60,709 nucleotides of DNA. Origin: Planctomycetota bacterium. Lineage in GTDB: Bacteria > Planctomycetota > SZUA-567 > H5-PLA8. The translations under genes were made by a program, and so were the position numbers. Positions 59,720 to 60,709 of the stretch are shown here, in pieces. The first letter of the stretch is position 1. Every line of letters begins with the position of its first letter. The notes beneath the pieces were generated by a model. It saw only the letters and a program-made list of their open reading frames with translations. It ran no database searches and was not told the DNA's origin. The stretch covers positions 1 through 60,709 of the forward strand of contig BTVV01000029.1 in assembly GCA_045863855.1 (NCBI GenBank). Reading direction: 5' to 3'.

Positions 59720-59950
59720 GACTTGCAATTGCCAGCTTAATGAAACAAAATGTAGCTGCCGAATAGACTTTCGCTTGCTTCGTTCAGAACCTGATTAGGC
59801 TGTTGAGTGCTGAAGCAGAAAACGAAGTACCGCAAAAGGAAAGGTTGCGCAGTGCCGAGTGGCGCTGTGCTCGGGAAGCATACTCTGTTGTTCCAAAATG
59901 GTTGGGCGGGGACATCCGGAAGGATGAGAGCCCAGGAGGAGGCGGTAGAC

Positions 59951-60709
59951 ATGCGATTCATGACGCGTAGGTCGTTGGCGGTTTTCAGCGTGCTGGCCTT
60001 GGTGCTGGCGTGCGGGGTACAGGCAGCGGATGCCACGCCGAACGAAGTGCCGTTCGAAGAAGGCAAGGGTCCGCCTCCGGCGAAGCCCGGCGACGGGTGG
60101 TGCTTGGTGACGATCCCGGCGAAGTACAAGACGGTGACCGAGCAGGTCACGGTCCAGCCGGCGACGCACTACACCCAGGTGGCTCCGGCGAAGTACGAGA
60201 CGAAGGAAGAGACGATCCAGGTTGCCCCGGAGAAGAAGGTGGCTTCGGTGGTGCCGGCGCGCTTCAAGACCGAGAAGGTGAAGGTCAAGGTCCGCGACGA
60301 GTACGAGACGTACGAAGTGATCCCGGCGCAGTGGGATTGGGTGGACGAGCAGGTCGTCGTGCGCGCCGAAAGCCAGACGCTGGAAGTGGTTCCGGCCTCG
60401 TACAAGACGGTGACGGAGCAGATCGAGATCAGCCCGGCGAAGAAGTACTGGAAGACGGGCAAGGACAACAACTGCTACTGCTTCTGCGAAACGCCGGCGA
60501 AGTTCGTCACGGTCGCCAAGGAAGTTCTGGATGCAGACGTGCAGACGCGCAATGTGCCGGTTCCTGCGCTGACGAAGGCGATCAAGGTGCGCAAGCTGGT
60601 CAAGCCGGCCGAAGTCAAGAAGGTGACGGTCCCGGCCGAGTACATCGAGATCGATCGCGAGAGCGTCGATGCGCCCGCGACGGTCACGAACAGCACGATC
60701 CCGGCTCGG
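59951..60709 (+). CDS. Secreted protein with 23-aa PAx(Y/F/W)-led beta-rich repeats, truncated by the window end
   Basis: Not in the ORF track. AGGAGG upstream; MRFMTRRSLAVFSVLALVLACGVQA signal; repeats PAKYKTVTEQV, PAKYETKEETI, PARFKTEKVKV, PASYKTVTEQI. Confidence 0.88.
   Translation, partial: MRFMTRRSLAVFSVLALVLACGVQAADATPNEVPFEEGKGPPPAKPGDGWCLVTIPAKYKTVTEQVTVQPATHYTQVAPAKYETKEETIQVAPEKKVASVVPARFKTEKVKVKVRDEYETYEVIPAQWDWVDEQVVVRAESQTLEVVPASYKTVTEQIEISPAKKYWKTGKDNNCYCFCETPAKFVTVAKEVLDADVQTRNVPVPALTKAIKVRKLVKPAEVKKVTVPAEYIEIDRESVDAPATVTNSTIPAR

Noticed and set aside
60116..60709. 69-bp periodicity as a CRISPR array
   Set aside because: The repeat is conserved at protein level in an open frame with divergent DNA; there are no identical repeats and no cas genes.

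Overview
GC-rich bacterial chromosomal segment, probably from the PVC superphylum/Planctomycetota (an inference from the L27 N-terminus [16 protein letters not shown], the S12 RVRDLPG motif and many secreted TPR/zinc-finger proteins). It holds about 50 protein genes. Housekeeping genes are rpsL, rpsG, fusA, rpmA, mqnC, a comM/yifB-like ATPase and an Ada-type methyltransferase. Carbohydrate genes are a sulfatase, xylA, a GH16, an SGNH esterase, a heparinase II/III-like protein and a sugar-acid dehydratase. There are also signalling and envelope genes. I saw no tRNA, rRNA, CRISPR array, transposase or integrase. Most notable: (1) fusA is cut off from rpsL-rpsG by a terminator and has its own promoter and a ~290-nt structured leader with an SD-led Met-Ser-Ala mini-ORF; (2) a protein with two catalytically dead trypsin domains is translationally coupled to an intact HtrA-like protease; (3) a DnaA-box cluster around an AT-rich tract lies at ~35.3 kb, while GC skew seems to switch at ~13-16 kb; (4) a tandem pair of secreted paralogues of unknown function sits next to a lipoprotein. 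All family calls come from motif recognition by eye, not database searches.
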